DNA of 63,409 nt, filler included, from Reticulomyxa filosa (GCA_000512085.1; 19 parts of 19 records of this genome joined end to end with filler, not necessarily neighbours in it), one strand, 5' to 3'; shown: positions 37,777 through 50,971, numbered from the whole stretch's first letter. A program made the numbers and translations. The notes: a model not told the origin generated them from the letters alone.

Positions 37777-39165
37777 TTATTGTGACATTTCATCCAATTT
37801 TTTTTGATATTTTTGATTAAGTTGAATAATCCATTGTTGAGTTGTATTCATTAACTCTTTAATATTTTGTTCATTTAAAGAAGGTTTAGAACGAGGTTTT
37901 TCAAAACGCATCCAATGATAAGTTCCACTGGGCATTAATTTAGCAGGTTTACAACATACATACATAAGATGTTGTCCACCACGAAATCTGGATTGAAATA
38001 GGACTGTGAATAAAAACTTGCCAAATGGACCAAACCACCATGGACTATTTCGAGTAATATCAGTATTGACAGGACCAGGACAAACACCATACACATCTGC
38101 TACATCTTTAAGTTTTTTTTCCAAATAATTGGCGTACATTTGAGTATATAATTTAGAATATGAATAGTGGCGTACCTATCATTTTTTTTTTTTAAAAATA
38201 AATTAACTTATGTAAAATTTTTTTTTTTAAAAAAATAAAATAAAATTTTACAAAACTAAAGACAAAGCAGTATAATTCCATCTTTTTGTAGTGGGTAGTG
38301 GTTGATAGTCATGCCAGCGATGAGTGTCACTACTTGTAAACACGATCCTTGGCAGTCCAGCATCAGTGCGACAAATGCCACGCTCTACAAGTGCGTCCAC
38401 AAATATCACATTGCTGATAAACATAACAAATAACATCAAGTCGATACCGTCTTTCTGTTGTTGAGAAGGCATTGGTGTGACACCAGCATTTAGCACTAAC
38501 ACGTCGATTTGTTTTTCCTCTTTTCTATTGTCATTTATTTATTTATTTTTTTTTATTTAAAAAAATGATAATAAATATGTCCCCCCTCCCTCCCATTAGG
38601 TATCAATATATTTTTATAAATATACAATGTTTTTTAGTAAACTGCAATTGCAACACAAGCTTATTGATGGAGAGAAAGTCGCTGAAATCTACAGCATAAC
38701 TGCAAATTTGAGACGAAGACTTGTGCTCTTTTGCTATTTCTCGCAATTCGGCCACTGTCGATTCCAATTCGCTACGACCTGCTATTATTACATTGGCTTG
38801 TGCCATTACCATTGACTCTGCTAATCCTCGTCCAATACCACGATTTGCACCCGTTATTAATACCGTCTTTTTTTTTTAAAAAAAAATAATTTATTTGGAA
38901 TATTCTTTAAACAATAATACAAAATATATCTGTTCAATCAAACTTTTTTTTTCCCCATTCAAACCTTGCCTTTTATCAATGACAGGTATTTATCATAATC
39001 TGGCTGCAAAGGAAATATTGACATAAAACACGCTCCAAACGTGTCCACACCAATCACACCAACTGCAAACAAAAGAAACGCACATATAAATAGTGTCGTC
39101 GCAAAGGGCCAATACAATAAGCCTACAATACTGGTCACCACAAATAGAACAAACGGCAAAAACAT
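37777..39165 (-). CDS. Retinol dehydrogenase/WWOX-like SDR with N-terminal membrane segments (4 exons)
   Basis: TVLITGANRGIG, VIIAGRS, VDFSDFLSI, DVLVLNAGV, RIVFTSSDTH, YSYSK, CPGPVNTDI. Confidence 0.85.
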
Positions 39166-40899
39166 TTAACAATTTCCACCTTGTTAACAAAAAAAAAAAA
39201 AAAAGAAAACAAGGTCCAAAGTCAAGTGAACTGGCAACTGTTTTTATCAAAAAAGTTTGACAAATATTTTCACTAAATCAAATATTGTTTCAACATTCAT
39301 TAGAAAATCATCAATACCTCCAAACTAAGATAGCGAAAAACAATCTTTTCAGGGTTTAACTAACTAAAAAAACTCTGACAAATGAAAGTGGAAGGACTCT
39401 TACTTTGCCTCCACTATATATACACACACTCCACATACCCCCCCCACACACACACATTACATTCCCTTGCGCACCCCCACTCCATTCCCAAACACCCAAT
39501 ACCGTCCTACCACCCCTATACAGTCCTTGCGCAGCCTACCCCTTCTGTTCTCCACACGGGCAGACGACACTGATGATAACATCAGGGTCGACCCGTGAAG
39601 CCCCAAATAAAATGACACATGTGATGGGCACTACAATCAGTTTCCCATCGCACTACATGTGTCTAGTGCAATCTAAGAATTGCAGAAATGGGCTTACAAC
39701 TTGCGCCCAAAACAAAAAAAAGTTAAGTATTTATTTCTCCACAAAAAACCTTTTTTTTTTTTTAATATAAAATGTATGTTATTTCACAGGCGCAATGGTC
39801 AACTCAGACCAACAAAAAACAGGGCCATGAGCCCGTCAAAAAAAAAACGAAAATGTTTTTTTTAAAATTAAATCGGGGTTATTCAAAACCCCGAAACACG
39901 CCCAGCGCGCAACTACCAGCGCAAAAAAAAAAAAAAAAAAAGTTATGATTTATATTATCATGATATTATCGATTATGTTGACGACAGGGTTTTTATTATC
40001 TATCTACAGAACATGGGCTTCAAACACTCGTCGGCGCACAACGGGTCCCAAACGTGCCCACGGAAGAAAAAGTTTGGCTTTGTTATTATATATTATTATC
40101 ATAGATTATTTTTAAAACGGAGCCTTCATTATTCTATAGAACAAGGCCTCCGAACAACAACACTGCACAAAGCAAACATGGGTTTTCAAAGTCCCACAAA
40201 TAAAAAAGTTTGCTNNNNNNNNNNNNNNNNNNNNNNNNNNNNNNNNNNNNNNNNNNNNTTAATTAATTAANNNNNNNNNNNNNNNNNNNNNNNNNNNNNN
40301 NNNNNNNNNNNNNNATCGCTTCATCCTTCTTTTTTGCCCTCTCTACATGCACAAACTCCGGCCTTTCTAGTTACAAGAGCATCTAAGAAATAGAATACAG
40401 TACTCAAAAGAAACACAAAACAAAAGAAAGACACACAAAATGTTACAACGACCAAAAGGTATTTCAATTATTCAAATCCTTCTCTTGGTATCGACTACGA
40501 ATTTGCTGACATCTTGTTTCCACGATCGATCCCCAATAATGAATTGTTTCATTGACATTGATTCTTGCGGCGTAATTTACTGTACAGCACACCAAACACA
40601 ACCAGGAGAATCTGATCTTTGAATGTTATACAAATATTTAATCCAACTTTGTCGGTGATCAATCGACAAATGATTTTGCGTTTATTAAATGTCAATGAAT
40701 ATATAACAATCTTTTAAAAAGATCGCTTCTATCAGACTAGACAGGAAATATAGATCGTGATTATCAAGAATGCCGCTGATCTGTGTTGATTTAGATAGGT
40801 TGCAATTTCTTGACCTTCTTGCAACGAGATCATCTAATTTCATCATTGAACTTTCTAAATCACAAGCAACTTTCACAACTGAAGTGAACTGAGTAACAA

Positions 40900-41894
40900 T
40901 TTTGGAAATTTGAGGAAAAGTGGAAATCAAAGAACAAACTTTGAAAGATGGCAGAAAGTAATGTGAAAGGAAACGAAAGCATAAAAGAACAAAATCTGAG
41001 TAACAAGAAAGGAAAAAAACAGGAAAGCAAAAGGATAGAGAAATACAGAAGGAAATGTGGGGCGTATCTAAACGCACCAAAGCCGGAGAAGAAAGTACAG
41101 TCCTAGAAGTGGAAAACGCGGAAATAGACTTGATTTTTGTAGATTGAAAAGCAAGAAGAATATCACAAACATGTTTTTTATGTGGTACTGGACGATAGCA
41201 AATTACATTGCGTATACTGTACATTCGTAACGATATCATATGTGCAATTTCCAGAATCAGGAGAATTGATAAGAGTGCAATTACAGCCCAAGCTAATAAA
41301 AAGACCACAAATTGTAGCAAATTTGCGTATACAGAAAAAGAAAATATTCCTAATGACAGAAGTGGCGTTTTAGCGGATGAATAAGGCAATAAAAAAGACC
41401 GAAAGACAAGAAGATGGAAAGGTAGAATGCACTGGGCAATATTTAATTTTAAGTCAAGAGGAACTAAAAAGTACTAATGAATGGGAAAATAAGTCAGAAA
41501 AGCACGAAGTGGAACAAGGATGTTTGTCAACCGACAGGAAGTTCAAGAAAACAGTAAAAATGGCGATGGCACAGAATACATTAATGGAAATAGATACAAT
41601 TGTAGGACACAAATGGGTTCAGATAAATAAAGAGAAAATGAGAAAAAAGGGATGAAATAAATAAAGAAATATAGATGGAATAGCAAACAGAAAAAGCAGA
41701 TTTATGCATATCATTTGATTAAAATACAGTTACAATTAATACTACAAATAAATGTGGATAAAAGTACCATAACAACTATAAACACTATGAATGATAATAG
41801 ATACAAAAAAAGGAAGCTGAAACACTTAGACCAGCTAATTAGGAAAGCGAAGGAAATATATATAACTACATGCATTAAAAATATAGTTACAGAC
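40900..41894 (+). mobile_element. Possible decayed non-LTR retrotransposon fragment (ORF1 end and endonuclease start)
   Basis: Purine-rich broken coding sequence with a CFLCG motif. LILQINV..KLKHLDQLI at about 41735 resembles the start of an APE endonuclease. Confidence 0.3.
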
Positions 41895-42460
41895 NNNNNN
41901 NNNNNNNNNNNNNNNNNNNNNNNNNNNNNNNNNNNNNNTTAATTAATTAANNNNNNNNNNNNNNNNNNNNNNNNNNNNNNNNNNNNNNNNNNNNCAAAAA
42001 AACCGACTCCATTTTTATTATTACTGTTTAGGAAAATAGATAGAGAAGATACAATAACAATAACATGTTTGGAATAACTTGAGCTTGACATTGATCTTTT
42101 ACAAGCAATTACTCTTTATTTACAGAGAACAAAAACAGTTTTTTTAAAGTTAATTTCACCTCTCTGAAAGGCACTGGCGACTTGTACATTTCAGTTTTTT
42201 ATTGTGGAAAAAATATATACATATATGGAAAATTGATACACAAACTTTACAAAATAGGAAAGACTGATTGCAAATATGCGAATGATGTTCATATAACCCA
42301 AAATGCAACAAAATTAACATATATTATCACTGTGTTAAATAACAAATTTTCTTTTACGCTAAAGAAAGATATCTAATGAGTTGCACTTTTTTTCCTTCCT
42401 AAATTTGTGTTCATCTTTTTTTTTGAAAAACAAAAAAATTGCGTATTTGAGCAAGACAAT

Positions 42461-42544
42461 TAAGGACAATTAAGCTGATGTCAAGAAAACAAAGAGCAAC
42501 TAAGCTGATGTCAAGAAAACTAAGGACAACTAAGCTGACATCAA
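42461..42544 (+). repeat. 30-bp tandem repeat, about 2.8 copies
   Basis: taaggacaattaagctgatgtcaagaaaac / aaagagcaactaagctgatgtcaagaaaac / taaggacaactaagctgacatcaa. Confidence 0.9.
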
Positions 42545-42594
42545 AATCGGTTTGTTCTAAAAATATCTTGCTGAGACTAGCTATTTTTAAAAAA

Positions 42595-45031
42595 ATGGAG
42601 TGTCTCTGGGAAAAAAATAGATAAAAATTAAGACGTATAAAAAAGAGGAATTGGAGTATAAAATAAAGAAATTAAAAGAGAATGGAGCTATGTCAAGCAA
42701 GAACAAAGATAGAATATGGGAGAGTTTGTTAGATTTTATCGGAGAAGAATTAGGTTTGGGTGGGAGATCTAGTTTTGTATTGGTAGATGCGGGCAACGAA
42801 AATGGTGAAATTAGAGATGCAGATGATTTGTATAAGTATTGGAATGAGTGTAATGAAAAAGCGAAAAGCTGTGTTCTTAACATGGTTTGTACTGTATATG
42901 TGCAAATGTGCAGATAATGCACATTTATATATTTGCACATTTGCACGTTTAAAAAAAAATAGAGGTGTTTGGTAATGAAAAGAGGAAAAAGAACATCAAC
43001 ATGGTGTCCAAAAGCAACAAATAATACGAGCTAAAAAAAGAAGATTGGGACAAATATTTGGAGGATCTGATGAAAATGATGAGAATATCGCCAGATGAAG
43101 AATATTTAAAAGACAAAAAAGGAATAGTATTAAAAAGTAGCGATGATCTGAAAAAAATGTGGGATGACGAGAAAGAATGTACGTTTCTCTTAGACGTCGT
43201 TGCAACCAGCAAAAAGAAATTTGAAAAAATAAAAGACGCTGTGATTGAGGCGGTGGACAATGCAAGACAATGTGTACAACTTCCCAAAAAAGAGAAACGC
43301 AAACTAAAAAATAGAGCTTGACAATGGTGATATCAAAAATAGAAGAAAACGCTCAAAATTTCTTGAAAGTTATGGTTCGGTTTTGCAAGGCTATTTCGTG
43401 AGTCGGGCAATATTGCGATTGAAACCTCCTCCATCAAGTGAGGGAAGTAGACTTTGGACCACAATTTGTGATGGATGTAACAATTTCATTGAAGAACTAA
43501 TAAAAGTTCTATCCATGGGAATAGAGTTTGGTGGGAAAATTAAATTGCTTCGGAACGGACTTTTTGATTTTAACTTGCGATTGGAATATGGAGAGGATTG
43601 GGCATCCGCGATTCAAGGCTTTCAAATTCAAATGGACTCTCTTTTGTCATTCCAAAAAATCTATTGCGATTGGAGCGAGGATTTGCAAAAAAAAACGGAG
43701 TTAACTACTAAAAAAATGATGGACTTTGATGCAAACCAATATTTGAAGGAAGAGCAGACATTGATAGGGTTTATGAAACAGCAAAATGAATGCTTACAAG
43801 AGATAAACAAATGTATTGACAAAGAAAATGTATACAAAGAATTGACAGACGTAAATATCAAACAATTGATTTATGAAATTGTCGAATTGCAAACAAAGCA
43901 AGTGACATTAGAGATAGAATTGGAGATGTCTTCCAATACAATTGCCACCGAAAAAGAAGCAAAGAAAAGGAAATTGTTGTTATCTCGTCGTCTGTATGAA
44001 CTCTTTTTTTCCTTCCCGATGCCCACGTATTCAAACTCCATTCCGTGTTGCTACTCGTTCCCGATCCACATCAACATTTAACATTTGAACAAAGAAAACA
44101 ATTAGCCACAGACAATAAAACCAAATATCAAACGCAGCTCAAAACCATACAACAAGATATCGATCGCAAAATGAGTCAACTAAAAAATAAAATCGAACAA
44201 AGTGATGCCGAACTATCTTTAATACGGAAAAACGCAAATGATATTGAAAGTAAAATAAAAAGTCAACAAACGCGATTGCAAGATATATTTGCCGAGTGTG
44301 GAGTCGATTTATCCAATTTGGCTGATTTTGCTATGATGTATTATGATCTTCGATGTAAGGGTGTCGAAAGCTCTCGTTGCATTGTCAATTTCTGTGACTC
44401 TTTGAAATCACTTGGACAACTATTGACCATTACATTTCAAATCAAAGTTTACATATCCGATTTTTTGAGGGAGATTGGATTACAAGAATGCTTGCCAATA
44501 TTCGCTCATATGAAACTTACCAGTCCTTATGATATTTGCGATCATCAAGATATCATTTTTGATTATTTGTCTGCACTTGTTGATAATGTCCCAGAACAAA
44601 CTCGAGCCAAACTAAATCAACTTCAACTTTCCATTGCTTTAACTAAGATTGATCAAAACCAAAGTATTAAATCGCTTTTCAAACAAAATGATATGAGTCA
44701 ATGGATCAAACCATTTCAATTGTGTGGTGTCCAAACGATTGCAGATTTTCAACAATTTCAATCCGGTGCCATACAACAAGTTATTGGTCTCTCTCTCAGT
44801 TCCAATGATTTTCAAGCTTTAAAAGTTCTTTGCAAAAGCTTAACAAAAGAAGCCATTCAAAAAAAGAGAAAAAAAAAACAAAAAGTGCTTAAGAAAATCA
44901 TTTTTCAAGCAGAAACTATTACATCATTGATTTGTTTGCTTGATACTTTTGCTGATGGAATGGCTAGCGCTAATAAAGCTATTTCTGCCCTAACTGATAA
45001 CGAACTGTTTCAACAGGTTATTTATCAATAG
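42595..45031 (+). CDS. Coiled-coil protein with two PB1-like N-terminal repeats and two SAM-like C-terminal domains; several frameshifts (errors or young pseudogene)
   Basis: LVDAGNENGEIRDADDL and LKDKKGIVLKSSDDL (PB1 OPCA-like); heptad region; ISDFLREIGLQECLPIF and IKSLFKQNDMSQWIKPF (SAM-like). Confidence 0.5.
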
Positions 45032-45152
45032 AAATCCAAATTTTTTTTTAATAATTACATTTGCTTCAGCATGTTAATACTAAAAAAAAAACCCACTACT
45101 TTCATCATTGGCAACAAGGTTACAAAAATAACATTACAATCGACCCTTTGAG

Positions 45153-45480
45153 AAACATTTACAATTATTGAAATGAAAAATCTATATTTATTTAAAATCT
45201 TTTTTTCAAATAATATCTACACATCGTGGGAAACCCAAAAGTACATTTGTTTTTGAATTCTATCAAATAAACGTTGAAAACAATTTAAAATCTTTCAATG
45301 TATTCAAATGTACAAATTTATACCCTTTTAAACATTTACAATTATTGAAATGAAAAATCAATGTTTTTTAAATACTATTTACATATTATGGAGAATCCGA
45401 AAATATTTTGGTTTTAAATTTAAGTTGCAATTTTTTGAATTTTTAATGTATTTGAATTGACCAATTTTTATCCTTTTTGT
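45153..45480 (+). repeat. Diverged ~175-bp tandem duplication
   Basis: aaacatttacaattattgaaatgaaaaatc occurs at about 45153 and 45330, with continuing weaker similarity. Confidence 0.7.
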
Positions 45481-45939
45481 TTTTTCGTAAAGTTAAGACG
45501 TAGATATGTTTTAATAATATTTTTTAAAATCTTTTATAGATTTTGAGATATTTGCCTTTTTTAAAAAACTTTGTTGTCATTTAATTAGATTAAGATCATT
45601 ATTGTGATATACATTCTAATACTTCTGCATTTTGTTTTGAAAATAGTTTGTCACAATTTTTCATTTATGTTTAGGATCATTGTGCTGAAATATGTAGTTT
45701 CTTCCGCCATCATTTGGTTGCGTAATATTTTAACATATTTGAACCAATCAAATTTCCTTCAATTTTATGTAATTTTCCACATCAAATTGTGGGACGTCAG
45801 CTGGAAGAGGTTGTACTAAATGTAATACGAAAATGGTTTTTGCTCAAGAAACCAAGGTTCGATAAAACAAAAGTGAACTAAATAAAGAAAGATGAATAAC
45901 GCAACAAAAGAAGAAAACAAAACAAAGAGTAAGTGAAGT

Positions 45940-46017
45940 TGGTTGAGGAGTTTTAGCCCACTGGGGACTCCCAGGTTCCTTCAACGTTCAGATATTTATA
46001 GGGCCTTGCCCTACAAA
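45940..46017 (-). repeat. Structured dispersed repeat; 42 bp identical in reverse orientation to 57576-57617
   Basis: gttccttcaacgttcagatatttatagggccttgccctacaa is the reverse complement of the end of contig 56529-57617. Confidence 0.85.
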
Positions 46018-46440
46018 ATGCTGGAATCATCCACATAACATAATTTTCTTGCTACTTTACGGTTCCACGAATATTTTTAGTATCGATATCCTTTTCGTAT
46101 CCATAAAACTTTTTTTACTTTCAATTATTACCTTTTTTGTCGCTTCGACTCATTCAAAAAAACCTTGAATGCAGAAACATGATTACTTTCCTGGTTCATT
46201 AATCCTCATTCTTACAGTATTATAAGAAATATTTTTGTCATTTAGAAGCGAGCCTGTAATACATTGATGACCCAAACTGATCAGAATTCAGCACGCTTAA
46301 TACAGTATGTTGCAAAGAAAACTGAACGCCTAAAACGATANNNNNNNNNNNNNNNNNNNNNNNNNNNNNNNNNNNNNNNNNNNNTTAATTAATTAANNNN
46401 NNNNNNNNNNNNNNNNNNNNNNNNNNNNNNNNNNNNNNNN

Positions 46441-46476
<36 letters not shown>

Positions 46477-46552
46477 AAATTTTTTTTCGAAAAATAAAAA
46501 AAACTATTTCCTTCCCCAAACTTTTTTTCCCCTCCCCCCCTGCTGTATATAG

Positions 46553-47166
46553 CGTTTCATTCCTCAATCATGACCCGAAAAGAACAGGAAACACTGCTGA
46601 GTTATTTCCCTCGGTCAAAAGCCACTTTGCGATTGTTGTTTGCTGCCTCACGTGATGGATTTAGTGCAAAAGCGTTCCATGAGAAATGCGATTGGAACGG
46701 CCCCACAGTCACTGTTGTCCAATCCAAACATTTTAATCATGTCTTTGGGGGCTACGCTAGTGTCCCTTGGGACAACAGACGCGATTTCAAAAGAGATACT
46801 GATGCTTTCATTTTTTTGCTGCGCTCGTCCTTGCCTACTTTTTCCTCACTTAAAAGTGCGAAATGGACAGTCAAAGATCCTGACTGTGCTGTGTTCCATC
46901 ATCCAACTGGCGGACCCAACTTCGGTATTTCTTTGTTTTGTTTCAAGTTGATTATTGTTTGCATGGAATATATGTGGTAATAAACGCTGATAGGCTGCGG
47001 CACCGTTTTTTGGTTGTGTGATGGCTGTAATGCTGTCAATGAAAGCTATTCTAAAATGCCCAGTAAATATTACAATATGCCCTCGGACACTTCTTTGTTG
47101 GCCGGAAGTGAGACATTCACAGTAGAAAATTATGAAGTTTTTGCTGTAAATTTTGTGAATCAATAG
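46553..47166 (+). CDS. TLDc-domain protein, last two exons
   Basis: LRLLFAASRDGFSAKAFHEKCDWNGPTVTVV..VFGGYASVPW..DAFIFLL..GPNFG..FTVENYEVF. Confidence 0.92.
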
Positions 47167-47722
47167 AACCCATCACACTTTTTTTTCCTCTTATATTAAA
47201 TCTTAACAGTAGGCTTTTTCTGTTTATCAATTTATGAAATGTGTTGTTATCTTCCATCTAAATCTTGGAAAACATAACCAACAGTTTTTAAAGGTATCAC
47301 TAGAGTCATTGTTTAATTTTTCGTGCCCACCAATTTTTAATCAGATCAATCTTTTTCAAGCTATGTCAAACAAAATATAGAATGCGCTACTTTTAATTCC
47401 TATCATAATGGCGGAAGACGTGCAGTTTTTTTTGATGCTTTTGAATAAATTAAGAATAACAATATTATGATTTTTGCGTCATCAACGTGGCAGCCAGTAC
47501 ATACACTTACAGTATATCGAGACAATATTAAATATGACATTGATCATAGCTCAATTTTAACAAAATTACTATTTTAGTACATTTCAATAAACAAAAAGAA
47601 AATAAGAAAGAAGCATAGAAACAGAGATTAATAAATAAAATAACTCCAATTCAAAAAAAGAAAGCAACATAAAAAGAAAAATTTCTGTGATAATGAATTT
47701 TCACTTCATACAATATGGTGAG

Positions 47723-48533
47723 AATTGAAACAACAGTAAATTGTGATAATGATGTTATTACTGCTTGAAAACTATGAATATAATCTATATTTACTATGAA
47801 ACTACAGTATAATGCAAAGTAAAGTTGATACATAAAACGGCACTTTATACAGATGATTGATTTTCTTCATAAAAAAAACAACATTCAGACCTAATTTTTA
47901 AAAAATATCTACTAATCGTGTAGTTTTTAAATATCTTTTTGGCTTTTTATTAAATCTTTACTAATTATTTCAATATTTCGTCCTTTTTTTTTTAGCTAAG
48001 TATAGTTCGATATTTGTGTTTTTTAATCGTTTTTATTTTTTTAAAAAAAGAATTACATATTGATCACTTTCTGAAAATACTTAAAAAAAAGTAGCAAATT
48101 TCATGGTTACGACACATGCACTATTGTCAACTTTTTCCCGAAAATTTTCTAAAATCAATAAAATATTCAAATTTTTTAAACAATTATGAAAGATATAATA
48201 AAAAACCAAAAAGATATTTAAAAACTACACGATTAGTAGATATTTTTTAAAAATTAGGTCTGAATGTTGTTTTTTCATGAAGAAAATAAATTTTGTGAAA
48301 AAAAGCAAAGCAAATAGTATGTAGTATCCAAATTTTATATCATATTTAATGGAATGGTTTAATTCATATTTGTGAATGATTATTTTTTTTCCCAATCCAG
48401 TTTTTGAAATTTAACATATTTATTTTATTCAGTCCATACACAAAAAAAATAGATACACTTTATCATTAACAAAAAAAAAGATATTATAACATCTTCTTTC
48501 TAACCATTATCACAATTTACTGTTGTTTCAATT
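47723..48533. repeat. Nested inverted repeats: 29 bp (47723-47751 / 48505-48533) and ~93 bp (47860-47952 / 48196-48287)
   Basis: Direct reverse-complement matches. The left arm also matches 60190-60286. Confidence 0.88.
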
Positions 48534-48840
48534 GCACAGTTCAAATTGTCTGTCAAACAAATTCATTCATTCCTAATTCATTTTAATCTACTGTAGCTCC
48601 CTAGTTCGTTTAGAGTTTCACTATCAATAGTGAGACTTGGTTTATGAACTGAAAAATACTTTTTCTCATAAAATTTCTTCTAGATTGTCTAATGAAAATA
48701 GCACTATTTTTAAAAATTATTTTGCTTCTACATTGCTCCCATCAACAAATTGCGGTTTAGTGCAACGCTGTGCCTTTTTTAAAAAAAATTGTAATTGTTA
48801 TTTTGCTCTATCTGTATCAAATTATTTGAAAGAGTTAGAA

Positions 48841-49510
48841 ATGTCCTTATCTGGCTTCAAAAATAGTATAACGAACAAGTATGAGCAATTAACTGGTCCA
48901 GAAGAAAGTGGAAATAATGTCAGTATCCTTCCTACGTCGAACGCAACAACCCAGCTGACTCTTGGGCAAGTGCTTGACAGCAACGCTTGTCCCAGTTTAT
49001 CACTAAAACAGCGTGTCACTGGTTTTGCTGTATGCTTTGTCTTGGGATGGTGTATTTCATTTTTATCTTTTCTCTCTCTGTCGGAAATACGAACGAAGCC
49101 ATATAAGTTAAGCAGAAAGTCTTATCTCAACTAAGGGGTATTGACATTTTTTCGTTTATATGTGTCCTCAATTGTTTATTTTTTAAATCTGTTGACTATG
49201 ACGTACTACCTATAGATTTGCATTTTTTTATACACTCGGAAATGTGATCGTGTTAATGGGCACGGGATTTTTGTGGGGACCAATGAGACAATTAAGATCA
49301 ATGTGCAAACGTACTCGCATCATTGCCTCAATAATTTACGTTCTGTCAATGGCCGCTACTTTGGCTTTGGCAATTATACGTGCCAACGGTGGTTTAATCA
49401 TGTTGGCGGTGTTGGTGCAGTTCTGTGCGTTATGCTGGTATTTACTCAGTTATGTTCCGATGGCACGTTCCTTGGTGAAAAAGTGTGTTGGGAACTGTCT
49501 CAGTGTGTGA
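48841..49510 (+). CDS. SFT2: Vesicle transport protein SFT2 (Got1/Sft2 family), 2 exons
   Basis: CPSLSLKQRVTGFAVCF..|FAFLYTLGNV..TGFLWGPMRQLRSM..R..Q..AL.WYLLSYVPMAR. Confidence 0.92.
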
Positions 49511-49818
49511 ACGACTGACTTCAAAACTATCTATCTTTAAAACAAGATATAGAGTATTGTCAAATGTGAGTTTTTTTTTAAAATGAATGACTTTTTTTTT
49601 TGGTGGATCAGCTTAAATAAATAAAACAATAAAAAGAACTTTGGTATCTAAAAAAGTTATAATTTTTTTCATTGATAAATTTGTTCTATGTTCGCAATAA
49701 ATATATTGTAAGGGATTTGTCTTTAACCAAGAAATACTTTTGGTAAATTAAGACAAAAAACAAATGACAAAAAGACAACACGAACTAATTTTACAATCAA
49801 CGGTTGAAAGAAAAATAT

Positions 49819-50971
49819 TCATTTAATACGTGACTGATCTGTTATAAATGCAAACAGATCGGTAATTGCAAATACCCCCGATGGCTTATGATCATCGTCA
49901 ACGATCCACATGCGATGGTACTTTGTAACTCTTAATTTGGCTATCATTTTGGCCAAACCGGCCTTTTCGTCCACGCTTGACACTGGAAATTGCTCTTTTG
50001 AAGAATGTGAGTCTTTTCTTACTGCAATTAAAAAATCTTCAATTGTTGCTTCAAGTGACTCTGAGGCCTTTAACCACAATTTTATGTCGGTTGCGGACGT
50101 GTTATGCACTAGTTTTCCTTTAAAGTTTGTAACGCATAGCCAAAGCACCCTTGAACCTCTTTTTTTTTTGTTGTTAATGTTTTTTCATCTATTTTGGAGA
50201 AACATAATACCCTCTTCGTTGACAACTGCCAGGCCACTCAATTGATACTTGGCCATTAGACCAAATGCTTCATGTGCAGTTGTTTGAAATGATATTTGCT
50301 TCACTGGGAATTTAATAAATCCCAACCTTCTAAGTGTTTGAACGGAAACGTCACGTTTGAACTCTATCCATTGTTTTGAAATTTGCTGAAATATTTGACC
50401 TTGTGACAATATGCCTTTTAACTGCCTCCCGTCACTTGACAATACAGCCACAATATGTGGCCCTTTTGCCAAAATTCTCATTACAGAAATAACAGGGTCA
50501 GTTTCCTTGACTGCCCACAGTTTTCTCATCCGTGCTAAGATTTTATTTGACGGTTGATTTTGTTAGCATTTGCTTTTGCTTGTTTTTGTTTTTTTTAAGT
50601 TATTCTTTCAAAATTATTGTGTATTTGAACCTAAATAAGCCAAAGTGTTGGTAGACATGTGTGAAGAAACGATCGCAATGCGTTCCATTCCTGGCACTTC
50701 TTCTTCTTTTGAATGTTTGCTTCGGTATACTTCCATTGCAAATTTAATAGCGTCTCTCAAGTCAAATACTCCAATGAATTTGTCATCGTTGACAACAGGG
50801 GCACATCGTAGGTGATATTTCATTAACTCTTGTAAGGCTTGTCGAGGTGTCAAAGTCGCTGCAAATGACGGGCTTTTGAGATAGATCTAGATCACTAACT
50901 TTAAAATTTTGAAATGGTGCTAATAAATCATAACGAAAGTTGACTACATCGTCATTTTTCGTGTAGGCCAT
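49819..50971 (-). CDS. Four-CBS-domain protein (AMPK gamma/Sds23-like)
   Basis: LRCAPVVNDDKFIGVFDLRD; LKGILSQ; LSGLAVVNEEG|KLVHNTSATDIK; YHRMWIVDDDHKPSGVFAITD. Confidence 0.85.

Noticed and set aside
39382-40214. Possible micro-exon gene divergent from the RDH-like SDR
   Set aside because: The sequence looks low quality, and no consistent frame or family could be supported.
40505-40545. LLGIDRG on the minus strand, resembling a TnpB/Fanzor/Cas12 RuvC-I motif
   Set aside because: Flanked by stops within a few codons, with no other RuvC or zinc-finger motifs.
42461-42544. CRISPR array
   Set aside because: Head-to-tail repeats without unique spacers, no cas genes, eukaryotic context.
45940-46017. 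Canonical HDV-like or hammerhead ribozyme
   Set aside because: Helix order is HDV-like, but the P1.1 pairs, P4 and the catalytic joining strand are missing, and there is no CUGANGA/GAAA core.
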